DNA of 64,000 nucleotides. It comes from an uncultured Marinilabiliaceae bacterium (GTDB lineage Bacteria; Bacteroidota; Bacteroidia; Bacteroidales; Marinilabiliaceae). The notes beneath the pieces are model-generated. The model had not been told where the DNA came from and searched no databases. It saw nothing but the letters and a program-made list of their open reading frames with translations. The stretch covers positions 9,848 to 73,847 of the forward strand of contig CAYOFH010000002.1 in the NCBI GenBank assembly GCA_964403175.1. Reading direction: 5' to 3'. This document shows positions 10,052-20,718 of the stretch, piece after piece (positions within the stretch are counted from its first letter, which is position 1; each line of letters begins with the position of its first letter). The translations under genes and the position numbers were made by a program.

Positions 10052-10507
10052 CTACGAACCGGAAAGTAATCTTTTCACAGTGTCGGAAATATCTTTTCCA
10101 TCGGCTTTTCCGGCAAGTTTTTTAGTAGCCAGGGGCATAACCTTTCCCATATCCTTAACAGAGTCGGCACCTACTTCATTAATAATATTTTCCACTTCTT
10201 TCTCAATCTCTTCAGCGGACATTTGGTCAGGAAGAAATTCTGAAATTATTTCGGCTTCAGCAATTTCCTTATCGTACAGTTCGGCCCGTCCCTGGGTCGA
10301 ATAGATGGCGGCTGAATCTTTCCTCTGCTTTACCATTCGCTGAAGGAGTTTCAACTCTTCATCTTCAGAAATTTCACCCCCTGATTTCCCTGACGTTCTC
10401 ATTTCAATAAGTTCTTTTTTAACACTGCGCAATGTTTCCAACCTAAGCTGATTACGAGCCTTCATGGCCCTTTTGATCTCTTCAGAAATTTTATCTGTTA
10501 AATTCAT
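10052..10507 (-). CDS. yqeY: GatB/YqeY domain protein
   Basis: KRAMKA, KQRKDSAAIY..GRAEL, KDMGKVM, ADGK. Confidence 0.92.
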   Translation of the reverse strand: MNLTDKISEEIKRAMKARNQLRLETLRSVKKELIEMRTSGKSGGEISEDEELKLLQRMVKQRKDSAAIYSTQGRAELYDKEIAEAEIISEFLPDQMSAEEIEKEVENIINEVGADSVKDMGKVMPLATKKLAGKADGKDISDTVKRLLSGS

Positions 10508-10676
10508 AATTAAAAAATAATTTAATGAGTGTGGTATAAAAAGTAATATTTTTGTTAAAACCGAAGCGGCGGAAATTTTTGAACCGGAGTTAACTTATTG
10601 TTATTGAGGATCAGAAATTTTCAACAACGAAGAGTTTGGCAATAAATATGCTTTTTAGACCGGACTCATTGGTATA

Positions 10677-12179
10677 TCAATCTACATTATCATGCAACCA
10701 CGGATTATTATCGCTGATCCCCGGCCCGTTTTTACCATCTTTTAGCGAAAACCGGGAGACATTTTTACTTGGATCGGGCCGTTTTTGTTCTTTATGTTCC
10801 GAGGTCCCACTTTTTTTTATAGCAACCCCACGCCTTTTAAAGGCAGGTACATTTTCCATTTCATCAATTAATTTCTCATCACTCAACTCTTCAGGCGTTA
10901 ATGCAGCTGCAGACCCACTTTCAAATAGGGTTCCGCCACTGCTGCCATCAGGATTGGTGGCAAAAGAAAAGAAATCTTCTTGCTCTTCTTTTTCTTCTTC
11001 AGATGGCTTATCACTTCCGTAGAGCCATTCAATCTGCTTTTCTTTCTGACGCTCTATATCGTCAAAGTCCACTACCCTGGCACTTTCTTCTTTCTCAAAT
11101 TCAATTTCTTCTCCTTCCCCATCGTTGGTAACGTTTCCCTCTTCATCCATATTGAATCTGGTAACTTTACCTGCTTCGGATTTATCATCAGGTTTCTGAA
11201 TAATGTGCCCGGAAGCAAAACCGGTAGCGATAATAGTTACCCCAACCTCTTCACTCATTTGTTCATCGGTTCCGGATCCCCATATAATAGAAGCAGATAC
11301 TCCAACCCTGCCCTGCACATAATCAGTGATCTCGAACACCTCATCCATGGTTATTTCATCCTCTCCCGAAGTAATATTAAGCAATATATTCTTGGCTCCC
11401 TTAATGTCATTATTATTCAGTAAAGGAGATTCCAAAGCTGCCTGAATGGCATCAATAGCCCTTTCTTCTCCGCTGGCAGTTGCTGATCCCATAATGGCAA
11501 CCCCGCTATTTTTCATCACTGTCTCCACATCGGCAAAATCCACATTAATATAACCATGCACTGTGATAATTTCTGCAATTCCCTTAGCTGCTGTAGCCAA
11601 GACGTTGTCAGCCCTTGAAAAAGCATTACTGAGCTTCAGGTCACCATACATGTCACGCAGCTTTTCATTGTTTATGATCAACAGCGAGTCCACATGTTTT
11701 TCCATTTCTGCAATTCCCTCCAACGCCTGTTCTATACGTATACGGCCCTCGAATTTAAAAGGTATGGTAACAATTCCCACGGTAAGGATGCCCATATCCC
11801 GGGCAGCTTTAGCAATCACGGGAGCTGCTCCTGTGCCGGTACCACCGCCCATACCTGCTGTGATGAACGCCATTTTGGTATTATCGGCCAGAACCTGCTG
11901 AATATTTTCCAGGCTTTCAATAGCAGCTTCACGTCCTTTCAACGGTTTGTTGCCGGCTCCACGCCCTTCGGTAAGTGATTCTCCCAGCTGGATTTTGAGG
12001 GGCACCGGGCTATTGGTAAGAGCCTGGGCATCAGTATTGCAAACCACAAAACTCACATCCTTGATTCCCAATCCATACATATAGTTTACAGCATTGCTGC
12101 CACCACCGCCTACCCCAATCACTTTGATAATGGAATCGGGATTCCCGGCGATATCGAAATTCATCAAATCTTCACTCAT
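10677..12179 (-). CDS. ftsZ: Cell division GTPase FtsZ
   Basis: [30 protein letters not shown]; C-terminal WLHDNVD. Confidence 0.99.
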   Translation of the reverse strand: MSEDLMNFDIAGNPDSIIKVIGVGGGGSNAVNYMYGLGIKDVSFVVCNTDAQALTNSPVPLKIQLGESLTEGRGAGNKPLKGREAAIESLENIQQVLADNTKMAFITAGMGGGTGTGAAPVIAKAARDMGILTVGIVTIPFKFEGRIRIEQALEGIAEMEKHVDSLLIINNEKLRDMYGDLKLSNAFSRADNVLATAAKGIAEIITVHGYINVDFADVETVMKNSGVAIMGSATASGEERAIDAIQAALESPLLNNNDIKGAKNILLNITSGEDEITMDEVFEITDYVQGRVGVSASIIWGSGTDEQMSEEVGVTIIATGFASGHIIQKPDDKSEAGKVTRFNMDEEGNVTNDGEGEEIEFEKEESARVVDFDDIERQKEKQIEWLYGSDKPSEEEKEEQEDFFSFATNPDGSSGGTLFESGSAAALTPEELSDEKLIDEMENVPAFKRRGVAIKKSGTSEHKEQKRPDPSKNVSRFSLKDGKNGPGISDNNPWLHDNVD

Positions 12180-12199
12180 AGTTACCTCCTTGTGCTGGG

Positions 12200-13561
12200 T
12201 TACATTTCCGTATCCTTTTCCTCAAACATACCGGCAAACTTTTTGCCAATGTTACTAAAAAGATCACCGGTAAAATAATCCAGTTTTTCTTTCTTTGGCT
12301 TTTTATTATTCGTTACCGGTTTCTTTTTCTTACCAACTTTCGAAACAAGTTGTTCCTCCTGTTCCACATCATCGAACAACACCTGTTCTCTGGCGATTCG
12401 ACTGCCGGAATACTTTCCTGCAGAGCCCAACACCCCAACAGCCGTTGATAAAGCAGGATTTTTCAATGCCACTTCATCTTCACTTGAAAAAATGCTTGAG
12501 GGTCCGCCTATTCGCACATCCAGTCCGGTTTTCAGCTTGGTTAATTCGGGAAGATGCTTCAACATTGCACCTCCTCCCGTCAATACAATTCCTGCTCCCA
12601 GCTTATCAAAAAAACCGGAACGTTCTATATGATGAACAATCAGTTCGATGATTTCCTCCATACGGGCCTGAATAATGCAGGCAAGACTTTTAAAAGCTAT
12701 TTCCTTTGGCTCCCAACCCGAAATGCCGGGAATGGCGATTACTGCATCTTCACGAGCCATGGTCCCAAGTGCCGAACCAAACTGGGTTTTCATTTTTTCA
12801 GCATGCTTTTGTAATACTCCGCACCCTTCTTTTATATCATGTGTAATAACATTTCCACCAAAAGGAATCACGGCCGAATACCTTAGCACTCCATCATGAA
12901 ACAAAGCCAGATCAGTTGTTCCGGCTCCAATATCAACCATCACAACTCCTGCTTCTTTCTCCTCATCCGAGAGAACTGCATCGGCTGAAGCCAAAGGAGT
13001 GAAAAGGAAGCCATTCAATCTGAGCCCCGCTTTTTCGATACATTTCTCAATCTTCCTGATATCGGATTGTCTTCCAATAACCACATGAAAATTGCCCTCA
13101 AGGCGTTTCCCGGAATAGCCGATGGGTTTTTTAACCCCTCTTTCATGATCAACAGCATAATCCTGCGGAACTACGTGAAGAATTCTTTCATCAGGCTGAA
13201 GCACAATACGATAATTGTCATGCATCAATTGTTCCAGATCAAAACTTTTAATCAAATCATCTTCCTGCTTAATAAACCGGTAACAGCTGTTCTCCGTGGT
13301 TCGGATATTAAATCCGGAAACGCTGACAAAAACATCAATCAGTTTGATATTAAGCCTTTGTTCCAGTCCATCCAGGACATTTCGGATGGCATTAATCACC
13401 TCCTCCACATTAAAAACCACACCACGTTTCATCCCATCACATTTAATACTCTCCATCCCCAGAACTTCCACTTGTCCATCGGGATGTTTTCGTCCGACAG
13501 CGGCTGCCACTTTTGCAGAACCGATATCAACTGCTGCTATTAAATTCATATCCTGACTCAT
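12200..13561 (-). CDS. ftsA: Cell division protein FtsA
   Basis: VDIGSAKV, VDIGAGTTD, GIVLTGGGA; ATG 13561 overlaps the ftsQ stop (ATGA). Confidence 0.97.
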   Translation of the reverse strand: MSQDMNLIAAVDIGSAKVAAAVGRKHPDGQVEVLGMESIKCDGMKRGVVFNVEEVINAIRNVLDGLEQRLNIKLIDVFVSVSGFNIRTTENSCYRFIKQEDDLIKSFDLEQLMHDNYRIVLQPDERILHVVPQDYAVDHERGVKKPIGYSGKRLEGNFHVVIGRQSDIRKIEKCIEKAGLRLNGFLFTPLASADAVLSDEEKEAGVVMVDIGAGTTDLALFHDGVLRYSAVIPFGGNVITHDIKEGCGVLQKHAEKMKTQFGSALGTMAREDAVIAIPGISGWEPKEIAFKSLACIIQARMEEIIELIVHHIERSGFFDKLGAGIVLTGGGAMLKHLPELTKLKTGLDVRIGGPSSIFSSEDEVALKNPALSTAVGVLGSAGKYSGSRIAREQVLFDDVEQEEQLVSKVGKKKKPVTNNKKPKKEKLDYFTGDLFSNIGKKFAGMFEEKDTEM

Positions 13562-14289
13562 ATATTTCTGTTTTTGGAGCAAAGAACCTGTCCTTTAAAT
13601 TTAAGATTTATAACCTGATAATTGTTCCACTCACGAGGGGATAACCCCTGCTTATAAAGTGCTCTCAGATTTCTGAGTTTCTCATTTATCCTTTCCGGGG
13701 GACCCAATAATATCAAATGATCCCCTACACGGGGAACCAGAACAAAATCACCATTCTTCCTGACATACAATTGTTCAATCTGTGCATTCCAAAAGGGATC
13801 GTTTCGAAAAATGCGGGCCAGAAATAGCAAATGGTCCATTTTTCCTTGAATATCTCCGCTTACTACCAGTACCCTAGCGGTAAAACTATCAAACTGTGGC
13901 ATTTGCCGGCCGTCTTCATCAATATAATAGGACCTTGTATCTTCAAAAACCCTGAATAAAGGCAAATGCTGGATCAAATCAACTTTCAGATGTCCGCCAA
14001 TAGTTTGATAAACTTCACAATTTTTTATGGCCGGATGCTTCTCCACAAATTGCTCAATTTCATTTACAGGCAAAGAGTTCAGTTCTGCCCCCAGGATATT
14101 CTTAAACTTTGCAAGTACCGCATCCCTTATTTCCCCGCTGGAAACAAAACGGGTTACACTACTATCCCGGACAGAAACCGCCACATCGCTGCATACCACA
14201 CCGGCTCTGTGCCCGGCAATAAATCCAAGCATTACCGGGAAATACAGGAGTAACAACCCCCAAAGTAATATTTTCTGTAACCGCTTCAT
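13558..14289 (-). CDS. ftsQ: Cell division protein FtsQ
   Basis: N-terminal TM, POTRA-like region, INLKFKGQVLC; position between murC and ftsA. Confidence 0.9.
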   Translation of the reverse strand: MKRLQKILLWGLLLLYFPVMLGFIAGHRAGVVCSDVAVSVRDSSVTRFVSSGEIRDAVLAKFKNILGAELNSLPVNEIEQFVEKHPAIKNCEVYQTIGGHLKVDLIQHLPLFRVFEDTRSYYIDEDGRQMPQFDSFTARVLVVSGDIQGKMDHLLFLARIFRNDPFWNAQIEQLYVRKNGDFVLVPRVGDHLILLGPPERINEKLRNLRALYKQGLSPREWNNYQVINLKFKGQVLCSKNRNI

Positions 14290-14385
14290 TCGTATAATTG
14301 TTACCTAAGTTATTGGTCTGATGGAACTCGCATGCAAGAACTTTAACATATTCTTTTGAGGCAAACACTGCCATGCTCGTTTCAT
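14285..14385 (-). repeat. Dispersed hairpin element, copy 3, between murC stop and ftsQ start
   Basis: Minus strand: ATGAAACGAGCATGGCAGTGTTTGCCTCAAAAGAATATGTTAAAGTTCTTGCATGCGAGTTCCATCAGACCAATAACTTAGGTAACAATTATACGAATGAA. Confidence 0.95.
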
Positions 14386-15773
14386 ATCATTCTCTTTTCA
14401 GCCCATAGTTTTAACGCCGGCACCATTCGGTCAATATCCCCGGCACCCATGGTAATCAATATTTCCGGGTCCAGCCTTTCCAAATTTGCAATAAGATCCT
14501 CTTTTTGAGACAAAATTGCCGGTATACTTTTAATCCTGTGAAGAATAATTTCACTGGTCACTCCGGGAATTGGCTCTTCTCTGGCAGGATAAACAGGTAA
14601 CAATATGATGTTGTCCAACCCTTCTTCAAGACTTTCAGCAAACTCACGAGCAAAATCCCTGGTGCGTGAATACAAATGCGGCTGAAAAACTCCTGTTACC
14701 TTACATCCGGGATACGCAGCGCGGACGCTTTTAAGAGCTGCTCTGATCTCTTCGGGATGATGAGCATAATCATCAATATAAACAAATCTTCCGGGTTTCC
14801 TGATTATTACATCATACCGCCTGGCAATACCTTTAAATCCTGGTAAGGCATCTCTAATTTCATCCGCTGAAATGCCACAAAGTAAGCTCAAAGCAATAGC
14901 ACCCAAAGTGTTTTCCACATTAATCAGTCCCGGAATTCCCATTTTAAATTCCCCCAGGACACCCTTCGGTGTTTTCACATCAAAAACATAATTACCGTCC
15001 TCCTCACGAATATTAATGGCCTGGTAATCTGCTTTCCGGGTTATTGAGTAAGACACCACACCGACCCTGTCTGCCAGTCCGCCAGGAACAGGCAGTCCTG
15101 CTTTGAGCACTAGCCAGCCGGCCGGCCTGATATTTCGGGCAAAACCATCAAATCCGGCTTTCACCTCTTCAGCACTCCCATAAATATCCAGGTGATCGGC
15201 ATCCATTGAAGTAATCAACGCTGCATAAGGGGTTAACTGCCAAAATGAGCGATCAAACTCATCTGCCTCCAGAACTACAAATTCTGAAGCTTTGTTTCCT
15301 AAAAAGTTGGTTCCAAAATTTTTAGAAACACCTCCCAAAAAAGCATTTACCCCTAACCGGCTGTTATGAAACAGAAAAGCAGTAATCGTAGAAACCGTTG
15401 TTTTGCCATGTGTTCCGGCTACACAAACAGCATTTAAACTTTCGGTAACCATCCCCAACACCCGGGAGCGCTTTAAAACATAAAACCCCTTTTCTTTGAA
15501 CCAAACCATCTGGCTCTGAGTTTCCGGCACAGCAGGAGTATAAACCACAAGGGTGTCCTCCGGATTCCGGAAAATTTCAGGAATCACTTGTTCCGAAGCA
15601 TCAAAAAACACTTCAATTCCTTCAACTGTCAAAGCCTCGGTAACAGGCCCTTCAACGCGATCATATCCGGCGACCAGGCAACCGGACGTATGGAAGAACC
15701 GCGCTAAAGCACTCATCCCAATGCCTCCGATTCCAATGAAAAAGACCTTCTTGTATTGCTCGATCTGTGCCAT
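14382..15773 (-). CDS. murC: UDP-N-acetylmuramate--L-alanine ligase
   Basis: FIGIGGIGMSALA, AGTHGKTT, EADEFDRSF, DDYAHHP, FQPHLYSRT. Confidence 0.98.
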   Translation of the reverse strand: MAQIEQYKKVFFIGIGGIGMSALARFFHTSGCLVAGYDRVEGPVTEALTVEGIEVFFDASEQVIPEIFRNPEDTLVVYTPAVPETQSQMVWFKEKGFYVLKRSRVLGMVTESLNAVCVAGTHGKTTVSTITAFLFHNSRLGVNAFLGGVSKNFGTNFLGNKASEFVVLEADEFDRSFWQLTPYAALITSMDADHLDIYGSAEEVKAGFDGFARNIRPAGWLVLKAGLPVPGGLADRVGVVSYSITRKADYQAINIREEDGNYVFDVKTPKGVLGEFKMGIPGLINVENTLGAIALSLLCGISADEIRDALPGFKGIARRYDVIIRKPGRFVYIDDYAHHPEEIRAALKSVRAAYPGCKVTGVFQPHLYSRTRDFAREFAESLEEGLDNIILLPVYPAREEPIPGVTSEIILHRIKSIPAILSQKEDLIANLERLDPEILITMGAGDIDRMVPALKLWAEKRMI

Positions 15774-15789
15774 TTAATACTCTAAAATC

Positions 15790-16920
15790 CTATTGTTTTT
15801 TATTTCTGTTTGAATACACTATATGTTCGATCTCTTCAGCTATCTGATTGGCTGAATTTATATGTGCAAACATTTTAATTTTCTTCTCAAGTCTCTTTCG
15901 ACGCTCATCCTCCACAAGTAACTTCATTGCATCTGACATCAGTTTCTCACGTGTTTGGTTGTCTGGGACCATTAGTGCAGCACCTTCTTTAACCAGTGAC
16001 ATAGCATTCTTTGTCTGATGATCCTCAGAAACATTGGGTGAAGGAACCAGTATAGATGCTTTTCCCAATAATGCCAATTCACTGATGGTGCCTGCACCCG
16101 CCCGGGAAACAACAACATCTGCCACTGCATAAGCCATATCCATTGCGGAAATAAACGGAACCAGATGAATATTTTCAAGTCCTTTTTGTTCGACCTTGAT
16201 CTTCAGGTCCTCATAATAATAAGGCCCGCATTGCCACAATAATTGCACATCTTTCCGAAGCCCGACATCATCCAGGGAATCCAAAACTCCAAGATTGATA
16301 CTTCCGGCCCCAAGCGAGCCTCCAATTACCAAAACTGTTTTTTTTTCACTCTTCAAATTCAGTTCTTCGTAAGCCTGACTCCTGTCCACATTCTTCAGCA
16401 GGTTTTGCCGCACCGGATTACCTGTAAGAACAATCCTTGAAGGCGGGAAAAAACGATCCATATTCGGATAGGCCACACAAATACGCTTAGCTTTCTTTGC
16501 AAGAATCTTATTGGTAACCCCCGGAAAACTGTTTTGCTCCTGCAACAAGGTAGGAATCCCGGCTGCCGACGCTGCTTTCAGAACCGGACCACTGGCATAT
16601 CCGCCCACACCCACTACCACATCAGGACAAAAAGAGCGCACAATCTTACGAGCTTTCCAAAGACTGGATGCCAGTTTGAAAAAGAACGTTACATTCTTAA
16701 ATGTAAAACGCCGCTGAAATCCGGCAACCGGTAATCCCACAATTTCATAACCTGCGGCAGGAACTTTTTCCATTTCCATCTTTCCAAGGGCTCCCACAAA
16801 TAAAATATCAGCATCAGGATTTCTGCTTTTCACAGCATCAGCAATAGAGATAGCCGGAAAAATATGTCCTCCGGTTCCCCCTCCGCTAATTATTATTTTA
16901 AATTTCCTATTCAGTGCCAT
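15790..16920 (-). CDS. murG: Lipid I N-acetylglucosaminyltransferase
   Basis: GGGTGGHIFPA, GGYASGP, EQNSFPG, GGSLGA, SRAGA. Confidence 0.98.
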   Translation of the reverse strand: MALNRKFKIIISGGGTGGHIFPAISIADAVKSRNPDADILFVGALGKMEMEKVPAAGYEIVGLPVAGFQRRFTFKNVTFFFKLASSLWKARKIVRSFCPDVVVGVGGYASGPVLKAASAAGIPTLLQEQNSFPGVTNKILAKKAKRICVAYPNMDRFFPPSRIVLTGNPVRQNLLKNVDRSQAYEELNLKSEKKTVLVIGGSLGAGSINLGVLDSLDDVGLRKDVQLLWQCGPYYYEDLKIKVEQKGLENIHLVPFISAMDMAYAVADVVVSRAGAGTISELALLGKASILVPSPNVSEDHQTKNAMSLVKEGAALMVPDNQTREKLMSDAMKLLVEDERRKRLEKKIKMFAHINSANQIAEEIEHIVYSNRNKKQ

Positions 16921-16946
16921 TAATTTTTGAAATTTCGTCCTGTTCT

Positions 16947-18137
16947 CTATTGATTTGCTGAAGCCCTTGCTTCTGCAGCTTTTTGCCTTTCCTTTTCTAC
17001 CTGATTATGCCTGCTTACAGTCAATATTGCTCCAAGAGCAAAACAGGTAAAAAGAATAGAAGTTCCTCCCATACTTACAAGTGGCAGAGGTTGCCCTGTA
17101 ACAGGAAAAATCCCGACAGCCACTCCCATATTTACAAATGCCTGCAGTACAAGCATAAGTCCCAGCCCAAGGACCATAAATGCCGGAAAGGTACGGTTAC
17201 TGGAATTTACCACTACCCCTATACGGCCCAGCAGAAAAAAATAAGCCACTATTACAACCAAAGCCCCTACAAATCCAAATTCTTCAGCAATAATGGCATA
17301 GATAAAATCACTGTAAGGATGAGGAAGAAAATTTCGCTGATCACTATTCCCGGGACCTTTTCCAAAAAAGCCACCGGTGGCAATGGCAATCTTTGATTGT
17401 GTTACCTGATAATCACTTCCAAACTCATTAGTTTCCTGTTCTTCATCAAAAAATCGTTCCACACGTGCAGCCCAAGTTTCAGCCCGGTCAATCAAAACCA
17501 CATCATTCATGGCCAGCAAAAGCACCAAAGAAACAACTGCGACTCCGGTAAATCCGGTAAAAAAAAGATATCTGAACGGTACACGTCCCAAAAACATCAT
17601 AAGCATCACTACACCCGCCAGGAGAACCGATGTAGAGAGGTTTTCGGGAAAAATAAGCAGGCAAACGATTCCTGTATGAATCATTACAGGCCAGAAAGCT
17701 CCTTCTGTAGGACCTTCATCTCTCTGATACTGAGCCAAAACCCTGGCTACATATATTATAAGTGCCAGTTTGGCCATTTCGGAGGGCTGAAATGACAGTC
17801 CAATTCCCGGTACGGTAAACCAACGACTTGCCTCATTCAGATTTTGTCCGGACATAAGAGTCAGTGCCAGCAAAAAAATCGACAAATACAGGGCAGGAAC
17901 ACTGAAAATCACAAAATATTTATACGGAATATGATGTACCACAGCAATCACTCCGATGCCCATCATCAGAAAGCCGAGTTGCTTAAACATAAAATAAGTG
18001 GTATTACCGCCCTGGGTTTTGTAGGCCAGACTTCCCGTAGCACTATAAACCGTAAGTAACGACACCAGTGCCAGAAACACCACGATTATCCAGATAATCT
18101 GGTCGCCTTTAATATATTTCCTGACGAAATTACTCAT
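16947..18137 (-). CDS. ftsW: SEDS peptidoglycan polymerase FtsW
   Basis: FQPSEMAK, LPHPYSDFIYAII, TGQPLPLVSMGGTS. Confidence 0.95.
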   Translation of the reverse strand: MSNFVRKYIKGDQIIWIIVVFLALVSLLTVYSATGSLAYKTQGGNTTYFMFKQLGFLMMGIGVIAVVHHIPYKYFVIFSVPALYLSIFLLALTLMSGQNLNEASRWFTVPGIGLSFQPSEMAKLALIIYVARVLAQYQRDEGPTEGAFWPVMIHTGIVCLLIFPENLSTSVLLAGVVMLMMFLGRVPFRYLFFTGFTGVAVVSLVLLLAMNDVVLIDRAETWAARVERFFDEEQETNEFGSDYQVTQSKIAIATGGFFGKGPGNSDQRNFLPHPYSDFIYAIIAEEFGFVGALVVIVAYFFLLGRIGVVVNSSNRTFPAFMVLGLGLMLVLQAFVNMGVAVGIFPVTGQPLPLVSMGGTSILFTCFALGAILTVSRHNQVEKERQKAAEARASANQ

Positions 18138-19480
18138 GCCCCTTTACCTTTTAAAACTTCTTCTTTAAACAGCCTACCACGATGTACGTAGTTATCGAAC
18201 AAATCGAAACTGGCACATGCCGGTGACAACAATACTACATTCCCGGGTTTTGCAGAATTACGGGCGATTTCTATGGCCTCTGCCATAGATCGGGCTTCTG
18301 CCACATCGGGTAGTTTATTTTCAAAAAAAGTACGTATTTTAGTATTGTCCTTTCCAAGACATATCAACTTCTTAACCTTTTGAAGGGCCAGTTCTTCCAA
18401 TACTGAATAATCATTACCCTTATCAGTTCCTCCTGCAATCCAGATAACAGGCCGTTCCATACTTTCCAGTGCATACCAGGAGGAATCGATATTGGTTGCC
18501 TTGCTATCGTTGATAAACAGAATTCCGTTAATTTCTGCCACACTCTCAAGCCGGTGTTCGACAGATGGGAAATCAGTCAACCCTTTCTTCACAGCATCTT
18601 CAGTGGCTCCGGCACTTAAAGCTGCCAAAGAAGCTGCCATTGCATTGCACAGGTTATGCTTTCCCGGCAATGCAACATCCTTCACATCCACAGAAAAATG
18701 AAATCGCGGGGTATTAAACACGATCTTATCCCCATCGATACAAGCACCCTCTCCGTAGACATCATCAAACGCAAACGGGTAACGATGTCCCGGATATCTC
18801 CTCTTTTGTAAATGTCTAATAATCTCTTTATCATGACCGTTAAAAATGAAAATCTCATTTTTGGTATGATTATTCAATATGCGAAACTTTGCATTCACAT
18901 AGTTTTCAAACTTATAGTCGTATCGGTCAAGATGGTCGGGTGTTATATTGGTAATGATTGAAGTATGGCATTTAAAATCGACCATCCCATCGAGTTGGAA
19001 ACTACTTAACTCCAAAACAAAAAAATCAGGGTCATTGCGCAGTAATTCCCTGGCCATACTGGTTCCTACATTTCCGGCCAGCACAACATTAAGCCTACTC
19101 AGCTTCATCAGGTGAAAGGTCCACATAGCTGTGGTGGTTTTTCCATTACTACCAGTAATACCAATCATCCTGGCATTTGAGTAACGACCCGCAAATTCAA
19201 TTTCGGAAATTACCGGTATCCCCTTATCGGTCAATGCTCTGATTAATGGAGAATGATCGGGTATTCCGGGACTTTTAATTACCTCCAATGCATTCATTAT
19301 CCTGTTTTTAGAATGAATGCCACTTTCATATTCAATCCCGTTATGTTCCAATTCAGCCTGATATTGAGGCTTTATGACGCCACAATCTGAGACAAATACA
19401 GAGAACCCTTTGGCCTTTGCCAAAAGAGCAGCGCCGGTTCCACTTTCCCCGGCTCCCAGAACGATAAGCTCTTTCTCCAT
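18134..19480 (-). CDS. murD: UDP-MurNAc-L-Ala--D-glutamate ligase
   Basis: ITGSNGKTTT, ELSSFQL, DHLDRY, NDSKATN, SPACASFD. Confidence 0.98.
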   Translation of the reverse strand: MEKELIVLGAGESGTGAALLAKAKGFSVFVSDCGVIKPQYQAELEHNGIEYESGIHSKNRIMNALEVIKSPGIPDHSPLIRALTDKGIPVISEIEFAGRYSNARMIGITGSNGKTTTAMWTFHLMKLSRLNVVLAGNVGTSMARELLRNDPDFFVLELSSFQLDGMVDFKCHTSIITNITPDHLDRYDYKFENYVNAKFRILNNHTKNEIFIFNGHDKEIIRHLQKRRYPGHRYPFAFDDVYGEGACIDGDKIVFNTPRFHFSVDVKDVALPGKHNLCNAMAASLAALSAGATEDAVKKGLTDFPSVEHRLESVAEINGILFINDSKATNIDSSWYALESMERPVIWIAGGTDKGNDYSVLEELALQKVKKLICLGKDNTKIRTFFENKLPDVAEARSMAEAIEIARNSAKPGNVVLLSPACASFDLFDNYVHRGRLFKEEVLKGKGA

Positions 19481-19483
19481 ACT

Positions 19484-20716
19484 CTATCTGATTTTCAGTG
19501 TTACAATTGTTAAAACTGCCAGTATGATACCCACAATCCAAAACCGCGTGACTATTTTTGATTCTGAATACCCCTTCAACTGATAGTGATGATGCAACGG
19601 GGACATTTTAAAAATCCGATGTCCCACACCATATCTTTTGCGTGTGTATTTGAAATAAGAAACCTGGATGATTACCGAAAGATTTTCTACCAAAAAAATT
19701 CCACAAAGAATGGGAATCAGCAACTCCATTTTGATCAGGATAGCAAAAACAGCAATAATCCCACCAATGGTCAGACTTCCGGTATCACCCATAAATACCT
19801 GTGCCGGGAAAGAGTTATACCATAAAAAACCTACCGTAGCCCCAATAAATGCGCTCATAAAAACTACCAGCTCCTCGGAGTGGGGTACATACATAATATT
19901 GAGGTAATCGGCATAAATAGTATTACTGGAAACGTAAGCCAGGATTCCCAGCGTTGCACCAATAATTGCTGACGTGCCGGTAGCCAGACCATCCAGCCCG
20001 TCGGTGATATTAGCCCCGTTAGATACGGCTGTGGTAATAAATATTACAGCAAAAACAAATATTATCCAACCCCAATAATCTGCATCTTCTCCTAAAAACC
20101 AGAGAACTGATTGGTAATTAAATCTGTTTTCTTTAAAAAAGGGTACATTGGTAATCGGTGCTTTAATATATTCAGTTTTCGGTGTTTCCTCCACCTGTTC
20201 CGTCTGAACTTGTCGTGTTGCTTCTTCAGCAGGAGACTCCATGCGGATAACCACATCATCACTTAAAAAAAGTGTTAAACCAACTATTAGCCCCAGCCCA
20301 ATTTGCCCAATAACTTTAAATTTCCCTGCTAGTCCTTCCTTGTTCTTTTTAAACACTTTAATGTAATCATCCAGAAAGCCGATGATTCCCAACCATACAG
20401 TAGTTGTAATCATCAGCAAAACGTAAACATTATCCAATTTACCGAACAACAACACAGGAACTAGAATAGAGGTAATAATAATGAGTCCTCCCATTGTCGG
20501 GGTTCCCTTTTTCTGATACTGCCCTTCAAGGCCCAGGTCACGTACGACCTCTCCGATTTGCTGCTTTTGCAACTTTCGGATAATCATTTTCCCGAAGATG
20601 GTACCTATCAGAAGAGCAAAGATGACAGCCATTCCGGAACGAAATGAAATGTATTGAAACATCCCGGCACCCGGAAAGTCAATAGATTCAAGATATTGAT
20701 ATAATGAAAAAAGCAT
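19484..20716 (-). CDS. mraY: Phospho-MurNAc-pentapeptide transferase
   Basis: [38 protein letters not shown]. Confidence 0.98.
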   Translation of the reverse strand: MLFSLYQYLESIDFPGAGMFQYISFRSGMAVIFALLIGTIFGKMIIRKLQKQQIGEVVRDLGLEGQYQKKGTPTMGGLIIITSILVPVLLFGKLDNVYVLLMITTTVWLGIIGFLDDYIKVFKKNKEGLAGKFKVIGQIGLGLIVGLTLFLSDDVVIRMESPAEEATRQVQTEQVEETPKTEYIKAPITNVPFFKENRFNYQSVLWFLGEDADYWGWIIFVFAVIFITTAVSNGANITDGLDGLATGTSAIIGATLGILAYVSSNTIYADYLNIMYVPHSEELVVFMSAFIGATVGFLWYNSFPAQVFMGDTGSLTIGGIIAVFAILIKMELLIPILCGIFLVENLSVIIQVSYFKYTRKRYGVGHRIFKMSPLHHHYQLKGYSESKIVTRFWIVGIILAVLTIVTLKIR

Positions 20717-20718
20717 AA

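Noticed and set aside
14162-14374. 70-aa ORF starting inside the repeat
   Set aside because: Overlaps ftsQ out of frame and is not preserved in other copies.
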